DNA from: Vicugna vicugna
Taxonomy: Eukaryota
Assembly (NCBI GenBank): GCA_013265495.1
Contig: MU058337.1
Location: forward strand, 5,996,716-6,060,715
Reading direction: 5' to 3'
Length of the DNA stretch: 64,000 bases
The notes under the pieces were generated by a model. It made no database searches, was not told where the DNA came from, and was given only the letters and a program-made list of their open reading frames with translations. Numbering within the stretch: position 1 is the stretch's first letter; each line of letters begins with the position of its first letter. Position numbers and translations under genes: made by a program. This document shows positions 1-13,747 of the stretch, one piece after another.

Positions 1-23
1 TTTTTAACACTGTAGAAGTATAT

Positions 24-485
24 TGTGACAGACTGTTGGTTTCCTCTAAAATGTGCTTTTTATTCTTTCCACAGTAATAAAATCTTAGCTGAACAAATGA
101 CTATCCCAGACACAGACTCCATTCTCCCACCTATCTACAGCTAGGCATGGCAAACTAGACAGGCAACTAGACAAGTTAGAGTGAGGTATTCAACTCCAGC
201 CTCACTCATGTGAGAAAAAGACCCACTTGAACCTCCTTCCCTTCCCTTTTTCTGCTGGCTTCCTGATACGACAGGAACTCAGCTTTGGCAACGCAGATGA
301 CGGAGAGCAACAAGTTGAGCGTGGTGGGGGGCGGAGGGGGGAAGACACAGGTGTGTGTATCTCCTGGAAGGACAACAGGACACTAACCTACCCTATCAGC
401 ACAGACCAGCCAGAATGTTAAATGAGAAATAGATAAATTTCATCTTATTTATAATCACTGAATTTAAGAACCTTTGTTACAGCAG
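24..485 (+). mobile_element. Old MaLR (MLT1-type) LTR, degraded
   Basis: Starts TGTG. The 3' part (agataaatttcatcttattt...ctttgttacagcag) resembles MLT1 LTR ends. Boundaries approximate. Confidence 0.45.
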
Positions 486-1619
486 GTTACCCTGTACCCT
501 AATGTGTACATACAGGGGAGGAGGTCAAACTTTTCAATATGACTTCCTATCTCTGAGCCAACCAATATTAACAACTTAATACATCCTTCCAGGCATTTTT
601 CTATGCATCTCTTTATACTAAACCATATTAGCAACCATATGAAAATTTCTGAGCATCTCTCTTCCTGACTCAAAAGATATACTGTGCCTAAAATTTTACA
701 AAAGCCAACTTTCAATTTATTCAAACTACCTCGAAACACTTAGAGAAAGTTTTAAAATTCAAATGTGAATGCTATTCCTTTAGCTATACAAATATTCCAT
801 GGAAGAAGTTATTCTATATAGACAACGATCTAATAAATATCCTTGACAACACATGCTCGGGAGAAACGCATAGTTATCCCAAGCTTGCTTTGTGGATAAT
901 GACTTAGGCCATATTCACTAACATGTTTTGAAGGACTTTGGTAATTATATATATTTCTATGAGGAAATATTGCAAGGTATAATAAACTTCTGATAACACC
1001 AATACTCCTAACAAATCAGTGCCAAGATCTGACACTTGCCTTTATTATAGGTGATATTTTGACAGACAAAAATGAAGAGCAATTAATGAAAGGCAAAGTG
1101 ATAGGACACTTAGACAAAGCAGGTCGGCAAGAATTTAAAATAGAAAACTCCCTGAAAGACTTCACGCTATGAAAGGGAAATGAACCCCTTTGTCATATGT
1201 TTTACAAACGGGACAAAACTAAAGCACCTTTGAGGAAGAAAAGAGTTATGGCTTGCCAGAGAGATTTAAATGCATAGGAAATGACAGATGTGCTGTTCCT
1301 GGAAGAGGAAAGTATTTTGTGTGACTTACACAAATTTTCCTGGCTGGGAAAGAAAATAGAGAAAGACACAGAAGAACACAAAGATGGTAGAATCACGGAG
1401 GCACTTAAAATATTTAAGAATTTTCATCGTGGTAAAAAGTAAATGGATACCACCAGGTATTTCTGTGAAGAGGACTGAAAGAAGTACACCATGGCCAAAG
1501 CATACGAACAAAGAAGAAAATGGTGCACCTGAAAAGTCAAAAGGGGCATTCAGGGTCTGATAGGCAAAGATTTCCCCTTACCTCGCGAGCAACCAGAATG
1601 GATGACACAGGGAAGACAA

Positions 1620-2100
1620 GATTAGATTCGGGCCTGCCAGAAATCACTCAGGCTGCTATTACAAAACGGACTGGGGAGGGGCAAGAGTGAAGATGGGAAG
1701 AAGCAAGCCGACAACTGCAGGAGACATGCTGACAAACGGCAAGGCCTCCGACCACAGCTAGTGTGTGGACAATTCAGAAGGAGAAAAGCAGCTGGACTTG
1801 AGAGATATTTGGGAGGCGGACAGGGTCTGGTGACTTGGTGGACGCCAAGAATTGGGGAGATGAGCCCAGCACAACACCCAAACTTCTGGCTCTGCAGTGT
1901 TTAGGGAAAAGGAATAGATGGAAATGAAAAAAATCTGATACATTTTTGGCAAGTTAAATTTGAGGGGCCTGTGAGATGAGACTGATCCGCCTAATTAGAG
2001 TTCAGAAGAGCAGGTAGATTAGAATGCATGTACATCAGGATACAGAGGTCATGGAGGTGGGCATTCACGTGACGGAATACAGAACAGAACGTGAAACAGA
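1620..2100 (-). mobile_element. L2 LINE fragment
   Basis: Purine-rich ggacttgagagatatttgggagg...tggtgacttggtgga pattern typical of antisense L2. Confidence 0.5.
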
Positions 2101-3799
2101 GAAATGCAAGACAAAACCAGCAATATGTGAATTATTTGTGTACAGTAACTGAAATTTTGAGAAAAATAAGACCCTAAAGGAGGGACTGGAAAGGATAAAT
2201 GTTAGAAGATTGAGGTGCAGCTGTAATTTTAGTTCCAAAAAAAGGTGTTCTTAAGAACATCTGTTTCAATTTACAAGCTTTTTTTGCATAAACAGTAAAT
2301 AACTTAGAAAGGTACTCTGACTTTCAGGATTTTTGTCCTTTCCTCCTCCAGTTAAATAAAAATAATATTGTTCACTTTATATGCACCATATTCCATATTT
2401 AAACTTCACTGGCTTTCTTGTTACAGCCTAGTGCTGGTAGACATTTTCTTGCCCTCTGTGTGGCCAGTGCCAGAATAGTTAGCATCACATTCTGTCTTCA
2501 GTAAAATACAACATAACTTTCAGAAATAGTTAATGACAATTTGAAAAAAAATAAGATTGTTTTCTGATGCCAGTGATCAATTCATAACCATGACATCCAA
2601 AAAATTTAAACGCATGCAGTTTCACAGGATGAATGATGTTGTATTTTAATTCCATATTCAAAGTCAAAAACAGAGGTGATTTTAGAAAATGTAACACAAA
2701 GGAATCATAAGCAAATATTAATTTACATTTTGGATATCAAAGAATAGAGCCACTGATGCACACAAAAGCCATGGACTTTTAAAAATCGTTTTACTTGAAT
2801 AGTAAACAGAGCATGAAACAGACTTTTATCTTGTTAAATGATGTTTCAGGAATAAAATCAATATACAAAAGCATTTTCCCTTTAATGTTGTCTGAATAAA
2901 GTATTATGTATTACTGTGCAAAAGCAAGTCATTATCTATTTCTCTTTCCTAAGGACTATAAGCTAAATCAATGGCTAATGGCAGATGACCAAAGGTTCCT
3001 CAACTGACTGCTCCAACAACTACTGTAGATTAATTCTAAAGCCAAATAGGAAAACAATCAAAAAATTACCTTACACCTAAAAGTTCAGAAGATTAGATAA
3101 ATGGGAAAAATCATTGAACTGTTAAAGGATATCCTACATACCTGAAAGTTATTTTGTCCTCTAGTTAACTGTCCATGTGCCAGTTAAGAAAATGCTACTT
3201 AAATTGATTTTGTTCAAACAATAAGTATATAGTAGAAGTACTCTCAGACTTAGTTTACAACTTTAATGATATTATTAATCACATACACATAAAAATTGTG
3301 ACTCTGAGATTTGGATGGGGAATTGAGGCTGACCTCTGCCAGAGTTCACAAGGTCCCATCTGTATGGGAAATCACCACCAGGCCCCAGAAGAGAGGACCC
3401 CTAGGAGCAGCTTTCTCCTGACTACCTGCTGGTTCCAAAACACTGGCCAGACATTAGCTGCACACACTGGCAAGATCAAACAGAGGCCAAAAGCCACTGC
3501 TTATTTCATGGGGACTCAGAAATTGACTTTAGCCAAATTACATTTTTGTTCTAAAGAACCTTTATCTTAACCAAGGCTCACAATCGGCTCAGGAAAAAAA
3601 AATATTTGAACAACTTAACAGTTACCAAATTATATAGTAAGTTGTCCATTTTCTGTCCTTCATAAAACAATTTTTTAACCTCTCTATTCTTTAGAATTAG
3701 TCAGATGGATATATAAGTACAAATCACAAATGTTTCTCTGTTTTTATTTCTTAAACGTTAGCTTTGGGAGGAGGGGAGCATATGTTACTCTTCACTTAT

Positions 3800-6010
3800 T
3801 TTCTAAAATTTTTTGTTTTGGAATATTTTCAGAATTATAGAAAACTCACAAAAACAGTACAAAGAGTTACTGCATATCCTTTATCCAGATTTTCCAAACG
3901 TTAACATCTGACCACATTTATTTTGTCCATTTTGACATTTATTATATTGTCATTCACCATCTCTTTCTCTGTATGTGTAAACACACACACAACTTTTTTT
4001 AAAAACATTTGAAGGTAATGTTCAGGTAAGATATATTTTACCTCTAAATATTTCAGTGTTTCCTAAAACCAAGCTAAGTCTCTTACGTAATTGCAGTACA
4101 ATGACCAAATCTGAAAATTAACATTGATAATAGTGTCATCTAATCTACAGACTTCATTCAAATTTCACCAGTTGTCCTATTTATGACCCTTACTACAAAA
4201 GAAAAACTTTTTTTTCCTGGTCCAGGAACTAATCCAAGATCCCATGTTGCATTTAGTTGTCCTGTGTTCTTAGTTTCCTTTGATCTGGATAAGTTGATCC
4301 ATTTTTCTCTGTGTTTCTTGACCTTGACACTTTTGAAGAGTACAAGCCATTTATAGTGTACACTGTCTTTCAATCTGGACTGTCTGATGTTTCCTCATGA
4401 TTATATTCACGTTACACATTTTTTTGTAAGAATACAACAGGAAGGATGTGTACGTCTTAGTGCACCATATCAAGAGGTACAGGGGGTTGATTTGATTTGT
4501 CTCATTACCAGTGATAGTAGTTCTACTCATCTGAGTAAGTGCTAGGTTTCTCCATTTTAAAGGTACTGTTTTCCCCATTGTAGTTCATTAGTATCACCTG
4601 AGGAAATATTATGAAACTGCTTCTCATTATATTTTCATCCACTAATTTTAGCATCCATCATTGATGATTCTTACCTAAACAACTTGATGTCTGCCAATTT
4701 GTGATTTTTCTACACTTATCAGTTAAAAATCCACTGTAAGGAAGAGCTGTGAGCTTTACCTCATTTATCTTTCTTATCTATTTGTATCAGTATAAACTCA
4801 TGGACTTTTATTTCATGGATTTTAATCGACTGCTAACATTATTTATTTTGTCACTGAGGTTTTCACAGATTGGCCAGTGGAAGCCCCTTAAAGCTGATTC
4901 CTGTGTCTCTGACAAATCAAGATTTTTGGAGCACTCGATTACTGTCTTATACAAGCTCTTTCAGGCTCACCTTCCTGAATAGCAGCCATTTTATCAATGA
5001 GTAGTGGTTCCACTTATGGGGAGGATGGTGTTCCGAAAACAAGATCTGGGTGTTTGGTGTGCTTCTTGTGATGGGTGTCAGTGCTTCTATGACCTCTCAG
5101 CAGGGCAGTAGTTCCCAATCATTTGGCATGATTATCCCCTCAGTGAACATATGGCAAAATCTGGAAGTGTATGGTTGTCACAGCTGAGGAGATGCTACTG
5201 TCATTTAGCGGGCTGAGGCCAAGGATGTTGATAAATATCCTATGACGCACAGGTAACCCCTCACCCCCAACAAAGAACTGTCCAACGTAGACATCAGTGG
5301 TGCTAAAAAGTTGAGAAATCCTGAGCTAGAGAGTACATGCATATGTGTACACACAATTACAGATGCAATAACATACTTACATATTTATGTTTCAATTCAT
5401 GTTAAAAACTATGAATCCCCACTGAACTTCCAATTCAACACCATAGGGTTCATTCTATGCTTTTCCATTCCCACATCTGTAACTCCTTCCTCTGACAGTG
5501 AGAAACTTTGCTCTTCTTATTCACAATACGTGTATTTATTTCCTCAATCCCAGAATATACACAAACTGGTTTCAGAACTGCTAACCCATGAACTAGGAAA
5601 AACAAACCTACTAACTAGAGTTTAATATTTGTTCATACATATTTTATCTTTACATTGAGGGTATCCAGTCAAAATACTATTAGAAGTTCTTTAGGTTAGC
5701 TATTTTTCTCTCTCCTTCAGCATGATTGTATTATTCATACTGTTTTGCCCATTTGTTTGTTTGTATTCTATTGAGTTTTTTCCCCAGAACACTGATTTTA
5801 AATATTAATATGTATCTAAAAAGCAGAATTATATTAAAATGTGTAACGAAAGTCTCTCTCCTTCAGCTCACAGTTTCCCATTCCCCAGTCATTTCCACCA
5901 GATTGTCCCTCCACCTCCTATATGTATGTCATATTATTAGTAATGGTCTTGTGTATGTGTGTATGTTTCCAAAAATGAGCAGATATATGTACATATTCTT
6001 CTTTCTCCTA
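3800..6010 (-). mobile_element. Old L1 (L1MC/ME-type) 3' region, interrupted by MER20
   Basis: Resembles the reverse complement of ancient L1M 3'UTR (catgttgcatttagttgtcctgtg, catgattatattcacgttacacatttttt). No intact ORF. Confidence 0.6.
5106..5323 (+). mobile_element. MER20 (hAT-Charlie non-autonomous DNA transposon)
   Basis: CAGTAGTTCCCAA...GTTGAGAAATCCTG termini, internal ggttgtcacagctg...tgctactg...gaggccaaggatg, ~218 bp as expected. Confidence 0.85.
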
Positions 6011-6067
6011 ATTGTCTAGCAATATCTATTTTTCCCTTCCTTCCTTCCTTTTATAAGAGAAATGCTA

Positions 6068-6250
6068 AGGGGGGAAGGATATAGCTCAAATGGTAGAGTG
6101 CATGCTAAGATCCACAAGATCCTGGGTTCAATCCCCAGTATGTCCTCTAAAAATAAATAAACAAATGAATCTACCTTCCCCCCAAAAAACAAAAAAATAA
6201 AAATGATAAAAATAATAAAATTACATATTTTAAGTGTATTATAAAATAAA
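6068..6250 (+). mobile_element. tRNA-Ala-derived SINE (camelid Vic-1 type)
   Basis: GGGGAAGGATATAGCTCAAATGGTAGAG (A box), GGTTCAATCCC (B box), A-rich tail, TSD AGAAATGCTA at 6058-6067 and 6251-6260. Confidence 0.85.
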
Positions 6251-6260
6251 AGAAATGCTA

Positions 6261-6620
6261 TGCTTTAGTTTAGTATATGGCCACCTTGATATCAACTGCA
6301 TCTCCCATTTTCCTAGCATCTAGGCATGACCATGTGACTAAACACCAGCAAGACAGGAGCAGAAATAAGGGGTGCTTTCTAGGTTATGCCTTAAAAAAAA
6401 AAAAAAGGAGTGTGAACTCCCTGCCCCTGTTACCTTCCTGCTGAGGCTGGATGATGAGCATGAAAGCAGCTACTCTGGGCCCCAAAATGAAAACCATCTG
6501 CTGTGAATGTAAGAGGTGGCCCTTGACAACCTCCTTTCTGGATGTTACATGGGAGAGAAACTAAACTGTATCTTTCTTAGGTCACTGTATTTTTTAGACT
6601 GTATTTCTATTGCTTAGACT
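6261..6620 (+). mobile_element. Old MaLR (MLT1-type) LTR fragment, probably the host of the SINE insertion
   Basis: ctaggcatgaccatgtgactaa and gggagagaaactaaactgtatct...gtcactgtatt resemble MLT1 LTRs and the element at 24-485. Confidence 0.45.
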
Positions 6621-7659
6621 AGCTTAGCAATGAAGGCTTTATGTGGGAGAAGATGAAACATACCTGGAAATGAAAACAACAACGAAGCAGGAAAAAAGGG
6701 CCTGAGAGAAAGTGGTATAAATGAGAGTATAGAGTTCATGCAGAGGCAATGGGAAGACACTAAAGCAGGGAAGTGATCACTGGGTTTATACTTTGAAAAG
6801 ATTATTCTGTGCATACTAAAGAAGGGACAAGCGCAGGTGAAGGAAGAGTACTTGCGGAGAACCATTCAGGAAGTCACTGCACTAGTCCATGACATAGACA
6901 GTGCCCACTTGGGACTACAGGGCCAAAGAAAAGTAAAGAGAATCCAAAGTTATTCAGATGAGCTATGCAGATCCAGCCCCCTCAGAATGCCTCTGAGACC
7001 ACTTTTCTGAGCCCAAGTGCTCAACACTGTTACTTCAGGGACTCGGCATCCATTTCCAGAAATGCAAGTTTCTCTGCTCATCCCTCATCCTCAGAACCTC
7101 AGATTACGCAGCTACGCCCACTCTCCCCAAACACCTGCTCCCTCTTTTCCAAGCCATTCCACAGTACCGTCCGAGACTGCCACGATCACTTAGGTCTACC
7201 ACAGATCTGGCATCTTTGTGGAACATTCCACTCACCTCCTTGCCTCACTTGAAATCCTCAGTCCTCTCAAGGACCTTACTTCCCCAGCAAGCCTCACACA
7301 CCACACTGCCACTTCCAAAACACCACCAATTCTAGTCCTTGGAGAAACTTCTGTTTCCTTGCAGTTCTTCTGCTCAGAAAACCTTCTTCAATTCACAGTC
7401 ATCTACTAACATCCTTGCCACAATGTAAAGTTCACTAAGAATTTATGTTACCCAACTCATGACCTGCCCTCTGATCGTGACTCACCATGCATGTGTGGAG
7501 GATCCATGCAACATTATCTTGGCTCAGTTCTTAGGATCTCACCTCAAATAATCTGTTCTTCCACTTTAGACACCATGTCCCATAATCACACCCCAAAATC
7601 ATCTAATGTTCAGTAACTATACCACATTCAAAACCACCAATTCAAAATATACCACTTTC

Positions 7660-8819
7660 TAGCAATAGAAATAAAAGCAAGAATAAACAAATGGGACCTA
7701 ATTAAACTTACAAGCTTTTCCACAGCAAAAGAAACCATAAGCAAAACAAAACGACAACCACAGAATGGAAGAAAATTTTTGCAAAAGATGAAATTGACAA
7801 AGGCTTGATCTCCAGAATATATAAGCAGCTCATATGACTTAATAAGAAAAAACAAACAACCTAATCCAAAAATGGGCAGAAGACATAAATAAGCAATTCT
7901 CCAAGGAAGAAATAAATACAAATGATCAATAGGCACATGAAAAAATGCTTAATATCACTAATTATTAGAGAAATGCAAATCAAAACTACAATGAGGTATC
8001 ACCTCACACCAGTCAGAATGGCCACCATTCAAAAATCCACAAATGATAAATCCTGGAGAGGCTGTGGAGAAAGGGGAACCCTCCTACACTGCTGGTGGGA
8101 ATGCAGTTTGATGCAGCCATCGTGCAAAACAGTATGGAGATTTCTCAAAAGACTAGGAATAGACTTACCATATGACCCAGTAATTCCATTCCTGGTTCCA
8201 GAAGGAACCCTACTTCAAAGACACCTGCATCCCAATGTTCATAGCAGCACCATTTACAATAGCCAAGACATGGGAACAGCTTAAATGTCTATCAAAAGAT
8301 GACTGGATAAAGAACAAGTGGTATATTTATATAATGGAATACTATTCAGCCATAAAATGACAACATAATGCCATTTGCAGCAACATGGATATTCCTGGAG
8401 AATGTCATTCTAAGTGAAGTAAGCCAAGAAGAGAAAGAAAAATGCCATATGATATCGCTCATATGTGGAATCTAAAAAAGAAGAAGACAAATAAACTTAA
8501 ATATAAAACAGAAACAGACTCATAGACATAGAATATAAACTTGTAGTTGCCAGAGGGGAGGGGGGGTGGGGAGGGACAGACCGGGAGTTCAAAAATTATA
8601 GATACTGACAGGTATGTATAGAATAGATAAACAAATTTATACTGTATAGCACAGGGAAATATATACAAGATCTTGTGGTAGCTCATGGTGAAAAAGAATG
8701 TGACAATGAATATATGCATGTCCACGTATGACTGAAAAATTGTGCTCTACACTGGAAATCGACACAACATTGTAAACTGACTATAACTCAATAAAATAAA
8801 ATTAAAAAGAAAAAAGAAA
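7660..8819 (+). mobile_element. Young L1, 5'-truncated (end of ORF2 plus 3'UTR plus A tail)
   Basis: ORF2 C-terminal peptide [18 protein letters not shown] with frameshifts. Perfect 17-bp TSD CAAAATATACCACTTTC at 7643-7659 and 8820-8836. Confidence 0.95.
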
Positions 8820-8959
8820 CAAAATATACCACTTTCCAACTGCACCCCATCTTTCCAGTTTATTTCCCAAATGCCTTCACTGGAGCCAATACATAAACTT
8901 CCAATCTAGAATGTGAGATATTCTATATGTCAGCTGCCCCTGACTCTTCTAAAGAGTTA

Positions 8960-9360
8960 ATGACACAAAATAAAAAAGAGCAAGAAAATAAAGAGACAAA
9001 ACCAATATAAACTTTGACTGGACCATGGATAGGGCTAACAAACAGATAAAAAAACAAACTTTGGGGGGGAAAGTGGGGAAATTCCGATATGAACATAATC
9101 TTACCCTTAAGACGCATGCTGAAGTATTTAGGAGTGATGTGTCATGATGTCTGCAACTTTCTGTCAAATAGTTCAGGAAAAAACAGAGAAGAGAAGGTGA
9201 GGAGGAGGGAGAAGACAAAGACAGGAGAAAGGGAGAGACGGAGGGAAAAAGCAAATGTGGAAAAGCTTAACAATTAATCTAGATGAAGAGTGTACCAGTG
9301 TGCAAAGTACTACCCATTCATCTTTTCTCTACATTTGAAAATACCTAAAATAAAAAGTCT
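8960..9360 (+). mobile_element. Old L1M 3' end fragment
   Basis: gcatgctgaagtatttaggagtgatgtgtcatgatgtctgcaacttt is typical of L1MC-type 3' ends. Confidence 0.55.
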
Positions 9361-10167
9361 GGGGGCAATGTATCCCTCCTCTGAGTGAAAAAATAATATA
9401 TGTATTTCAACATGATGTGTATACATCCACACCTTTCTCCATGCTCATCCAAAGATAACTAAAAATATTTTAGAATGGGAAGATTCTGACTAAAAGCACT
9501 ACACATTACTCTCTGATTTGCTCCTCTACTTCGATTGTACATATGGACATGACTTCAAGTCATAGCTGCACACTATTTTGCAGTGAAGATGCACAGTAAT
9601 TTATTCAGTCATCTGTCCATCTGGGCAACACTGCAGTAGGTCAGAATTTGGCTAGAACTGTAATTTGTAGTTTGGCTACTACAAACAGTGCTATTGTAAA
9701 TTTCCTTGTAAACATCTCACAATTCAGTGTTTTGACACTCTAAGATAGATTCCCGAAAACTGAACAGCTAAGTGAAAGCGTATGTACTTTTAACATCTAA
9801 TGCCAGATTATTTTCCCAAAAGACAATAGCAAGTCACACTTCAAAGATGCCTGACTGTGCCCATCACTTTTGTTTTACCAACACAGTAAGTTATCAGTCT
9901 TTTGAAAAATGCCAGTACTCTGGGAAATCATTTTAAGGAAGCACAAAGTGAAATACTCTCAACAGAGTCACCTATGAGCCCTAAAGTGGTACTCACATTA
10001 CTTTCGAAGGACCAGAACGGAGAGGTGTGAAGAGAAAGACACCCTCTCCATCTTTGAATTCCCACTATACACTGTCACTCCACTATTACGGCATCTATGA
10101 ATTTATATTACACTTACGTATTTTTCATACCAAGTATACTAAAAACTCTTTGCAATAAAGGTTGTAT

Positions 10168-10330
10168 CACTCATTCATTCAACAAATATTAATATTAATC
10201 ACCTACCATGTGTCAGGAACTGCTAGCCACTAATGCACAAGTAAACAAGATAAACACCATTACTGCCCTCATACTCTTATGGGATAATCTAACGTTTAGC
10301 AATTAATGACACAACTAATACTTTAATTAT
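10168..10330 (-). mobile_element. L2 3' end
   Basis: cattcattcaacaaatatt...cacctaccatgtgtcagg. Confidence 0.6.
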
Positions 10331-10569
10331 AGTGACGGTAAATGCTTTGAAGAAGCAGTAGAACAGGATGAAATAAAAGCATGTAACTCCGCACACAGTA
10401 CTGGGAATGACCTAAAATGGGCTTCAGTATTGCTTAGCCATGGTTTAATAGGTTTCACGTAACACCAATTGATTAATAATGATTTAGGACATATAATTTT
10501 TAAACCTGTGGTTTTACAACTGTTATGAGAGATGGAGAAAAGATGGGAACCAAAGTTACTGAACTTCAC

Positions 10570-10765
10570 AAGCAAGTACTGTGCCAAACTCTTCTTCATA
10601 ATTAACCTCATTTAATCCTCACCACTAATTTAGAAGGCAGAGACTCTCACTCTATTTCTTAAACATGGAGTGTGAGATTCAGAGAAGCAAAATAATTTGA
10701 CAAAAATCACATAGTTACTAAATGGTATCAAGACAGGATATGAATCCAGCCCTTTCTGATTTCTT
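10570..10765 (-). mobile_element. MIR SINE
   Basis: ctcatttaatcctcac...tcagagaagcaaaataatttgac...tcacatag...tgaatccag is the antisense MIR core. Confidence 0.7.
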
Positions 10766-11947
10766 TCTATTACATCACAGTGAATCAAAGGCAGAAATTT
10801 CAGACCAAGTCTGGAAAAATCTATCTGTACAATAAAATACACTTTGCCTTACATGTGATATATATAAATTTAGGAGAATAACAGCCAGCTTACTTTGTAT
10901 TTAAGTCACTTAATTTAAAAATATAGTAACTTGTATACCTATATACAAAGTATAGTAAGTAAAGTAAGTAAATTAGTGGAAAACACGTTCAAATATAAAA
11001 CATGAATTGTATTCTGTAAACATAAAAGAATATTCCTTTCAGAAGCCAGACACAGTAGAAAAATAACTTTTAGGTAAAACCAATGCTAATTTAATATTTT
11101 GACAAACTGCCCAAATGCCATGCCACTATGTTACATTATATCAAAGTTTAATATAGATGTGATTTGACAAAATATTCTTACTCAGATTGACTATCTCAAA
11201 TTCATGAACTTAACATTCAAGTTCATGAGAATGAAACCTAAATTAACCACCATCTATAATTCAACAACCACAATAAAAAAAATACAGTGATGGGGCAGGG
11301 GGTGTGAGGAATATATAGAAAACTTTAAAGGCCTCTAGGAAAAATCTTGCCAAGTATCTTGTTTATGTCTATATCTGTATAATTAAACACACATAAACAA
11401 ACACACACACCCAAATTAGATGTATGTTCCAAACATGCACTAGTGTAATTTTGGGGCAATATTATTTCTGTAGGACAACAGACCTCTCAAGGCCTCCTTA
11501 ACCAATGTACAGCGAAAATATGCATCTGCTGCTTCTGGAAGAACACAGCAGAGTTATAAAACCAGTAAACACTTTACAATTAAGGTTAAAAAGGAACTAG
11601 AGAATTAGCCAGAAAGAATGTGAAGGGAACCTTTCGAGTTTTTATAGGCTATGGATATTAATGGTTCTAATTTTTCTTTTTAAGTTATACTAGGTTCACT
11701 TAGCTTTCCTTTCACGGATGGAGGTGAATCACTGGCACATAAGGTGAGATAGAATCACTATCACTTACTAGTTAAATGGGAAGAAAAGAGGGTGACAATA
11801 GAAGGGAAGGGAGGGAAGAAAGATCTCCTGATCTAACAAAGCTGGAAGAGAAAACACGAGAAAGAGTGACTTGCATGACTTACCTGCCAACAGATGAAAA
11901 TCAGCAGGGCAAGACAGATGTATAAAAACAGAGTCACGAAACTGTCC

Positions 11948-12207
11948 TAAGCCACTACTGTACAGCTATACAAACTGCTCGCTGCACAAAGGCACTTGGT
12001 CAAAGGGGCAAACAAGGCTGTGCCAGGCTCCGTCACTAAGCTGGGCTCCCTGTCTCAGGGCTGGGTATACCCAGAGAACACAGAATGTTTTCTAACTCAC
12101 ACAAAGTTGCAGTCGCTTGTCAAGACTTATGACCTATAGGCTGTGTCCACTCAAAGGGAGGCTTTTTGAAATTGCACAAAAGCTCTGTATGGGACGGAGG
12201 CAGGCTG
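11948..12207 (+). mobile_element. hAT-Tip100 (MER91-like) DNA transposon relic
   Basis: ctgcacaaaggcacttggtcaaaggggc...ttttctaactcacacaaag...tgtatggg. Family call from memory. Confidence 0.45.
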
Positions 12208-13097
12208 TGTAGTCAGACTCCCCCACCATACTACACCTCAGCCTCCAAAATCAAGCCTCCTGACCTCACTGTTACATTTAGTGAGCCATCAGAAAAAAGC
12301 CAAACTGTACAGCCAGTCTTTCTTACGGAATGTTCTTAGCCCCACACTATTCTTTCATAATTCAAAATTAACTTGTATTTCATACTTTAAATTTGATATT
12401 AAAATCCATTATTCTGAAGCTGATGATAATTTATGTTGGGCTAAAGTAAAATGATCTTTTCATTACTAATGAAAAATTGCTAATAAAATTGATACTGTAA
12501 CTTACTCCTTAAGGGGAGTTAAGTATAACTTTGCTTTAATTATTTAAATGTAATGGCTGCTCCTAATAACAGTTATTACTACATTTCCTAAAGACTTGTA
12601 GGCCCACGCTTTGTTACACATTAAAACTATCCTGTATGTATATGAGGTAACAACTGCATTTCCTAGAAGATACTTTATAATTTGTTCTAATTCACAGAAG
12701 CAAAGAGCTATCCTCTCTACTCTCAGTCAAATTGTAGGTCACATGTTTTAAATCTCCATACATTTTCAAGTTTCAAATTTCAAAACAATACAAGCCAAAA
12801 AAGAAAGACATTAATACAGCAAATTTGCTGTCAAACTGCACTAGCCAATAAAAGATGCCAGAATAAAGAACCATTTTACACAGAATATGTGTCTATAAAA
12901 TATGAAATGCTCATCTAGGAAAGGTCATAAATCATTAATTTAATTAAATAACCTAATTTCAGATGTATACATAAAGTACAGGATTGCTAAAGAAAATGAA
13001 ATACCTATTCTTAATTATGTCAGTTTAATTAATTCAAGCTGCTCTATGTCTATTTAAACTTATAATAAGTAAATGTTCTATCAAATTCTCTAATTTA

Positions 13098-13241
<144 letters not shown>

Positions 13242-13708
13242 CTAAAAGCAAACAAGCAAACAAAAAAATTTATATAGATATAAACTGATCTATCTATAAA
13301 TCAGACATTTCATCCTAGTAAAAATTAAAATATTTCATAGCAGATTTCCAGAATATCTTTTGAAATTTCACAGTGGTTCAGTTTTTAGTACAAAGTATGT
13401 CAATTAAGATTTTTTAAAGTAAACAAATATTACAATCAAGCTATTTCAGATTTTTCTCCTAGATTTCACTATCGCAGAAAAGAGTTATTTAAGATAAACC
13501 AAAACGTAACAAAAATAAGCATAAAAAATTTTTAAAGGAAAGATATCAAAATGTGAACATCTGGAATGGTATATAAACATCTGGGATAGCAAAGGATTAG
13601 GCAAGATTTGTTTTTTCTCTCGCTGTTTTTCTGTGGTTTCCAAGTTTGACACCCTGAATAGCTAACTTTTACAAATAACATAGCAGAGAAGTAAAAGGTT
13701 CCTGTATA

Positions 13709-13747
13709 AAACAAACACAAACAAACAAACAAACAAACAAACAAACC
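13709..13747 (+). repeat. (AAAC)n microsatellite
   Basis: Direct reading. Confidence 0.9.

Noticed and set aside
6068..6145. tRNA-Ala gene
   Set aside because: The tRNA-like head is degenerate, is followed by an A-rich tail and is flanked by a TSD, so it is a SINE. The same applies to 40258-40348.
11202..11228. 10-bp hairpin TCATGAACTT-7 nt-AAGTTCATGA
   Set aside because: Short, AT-rich and without supporting context, so plausibly chance in 64 kb.
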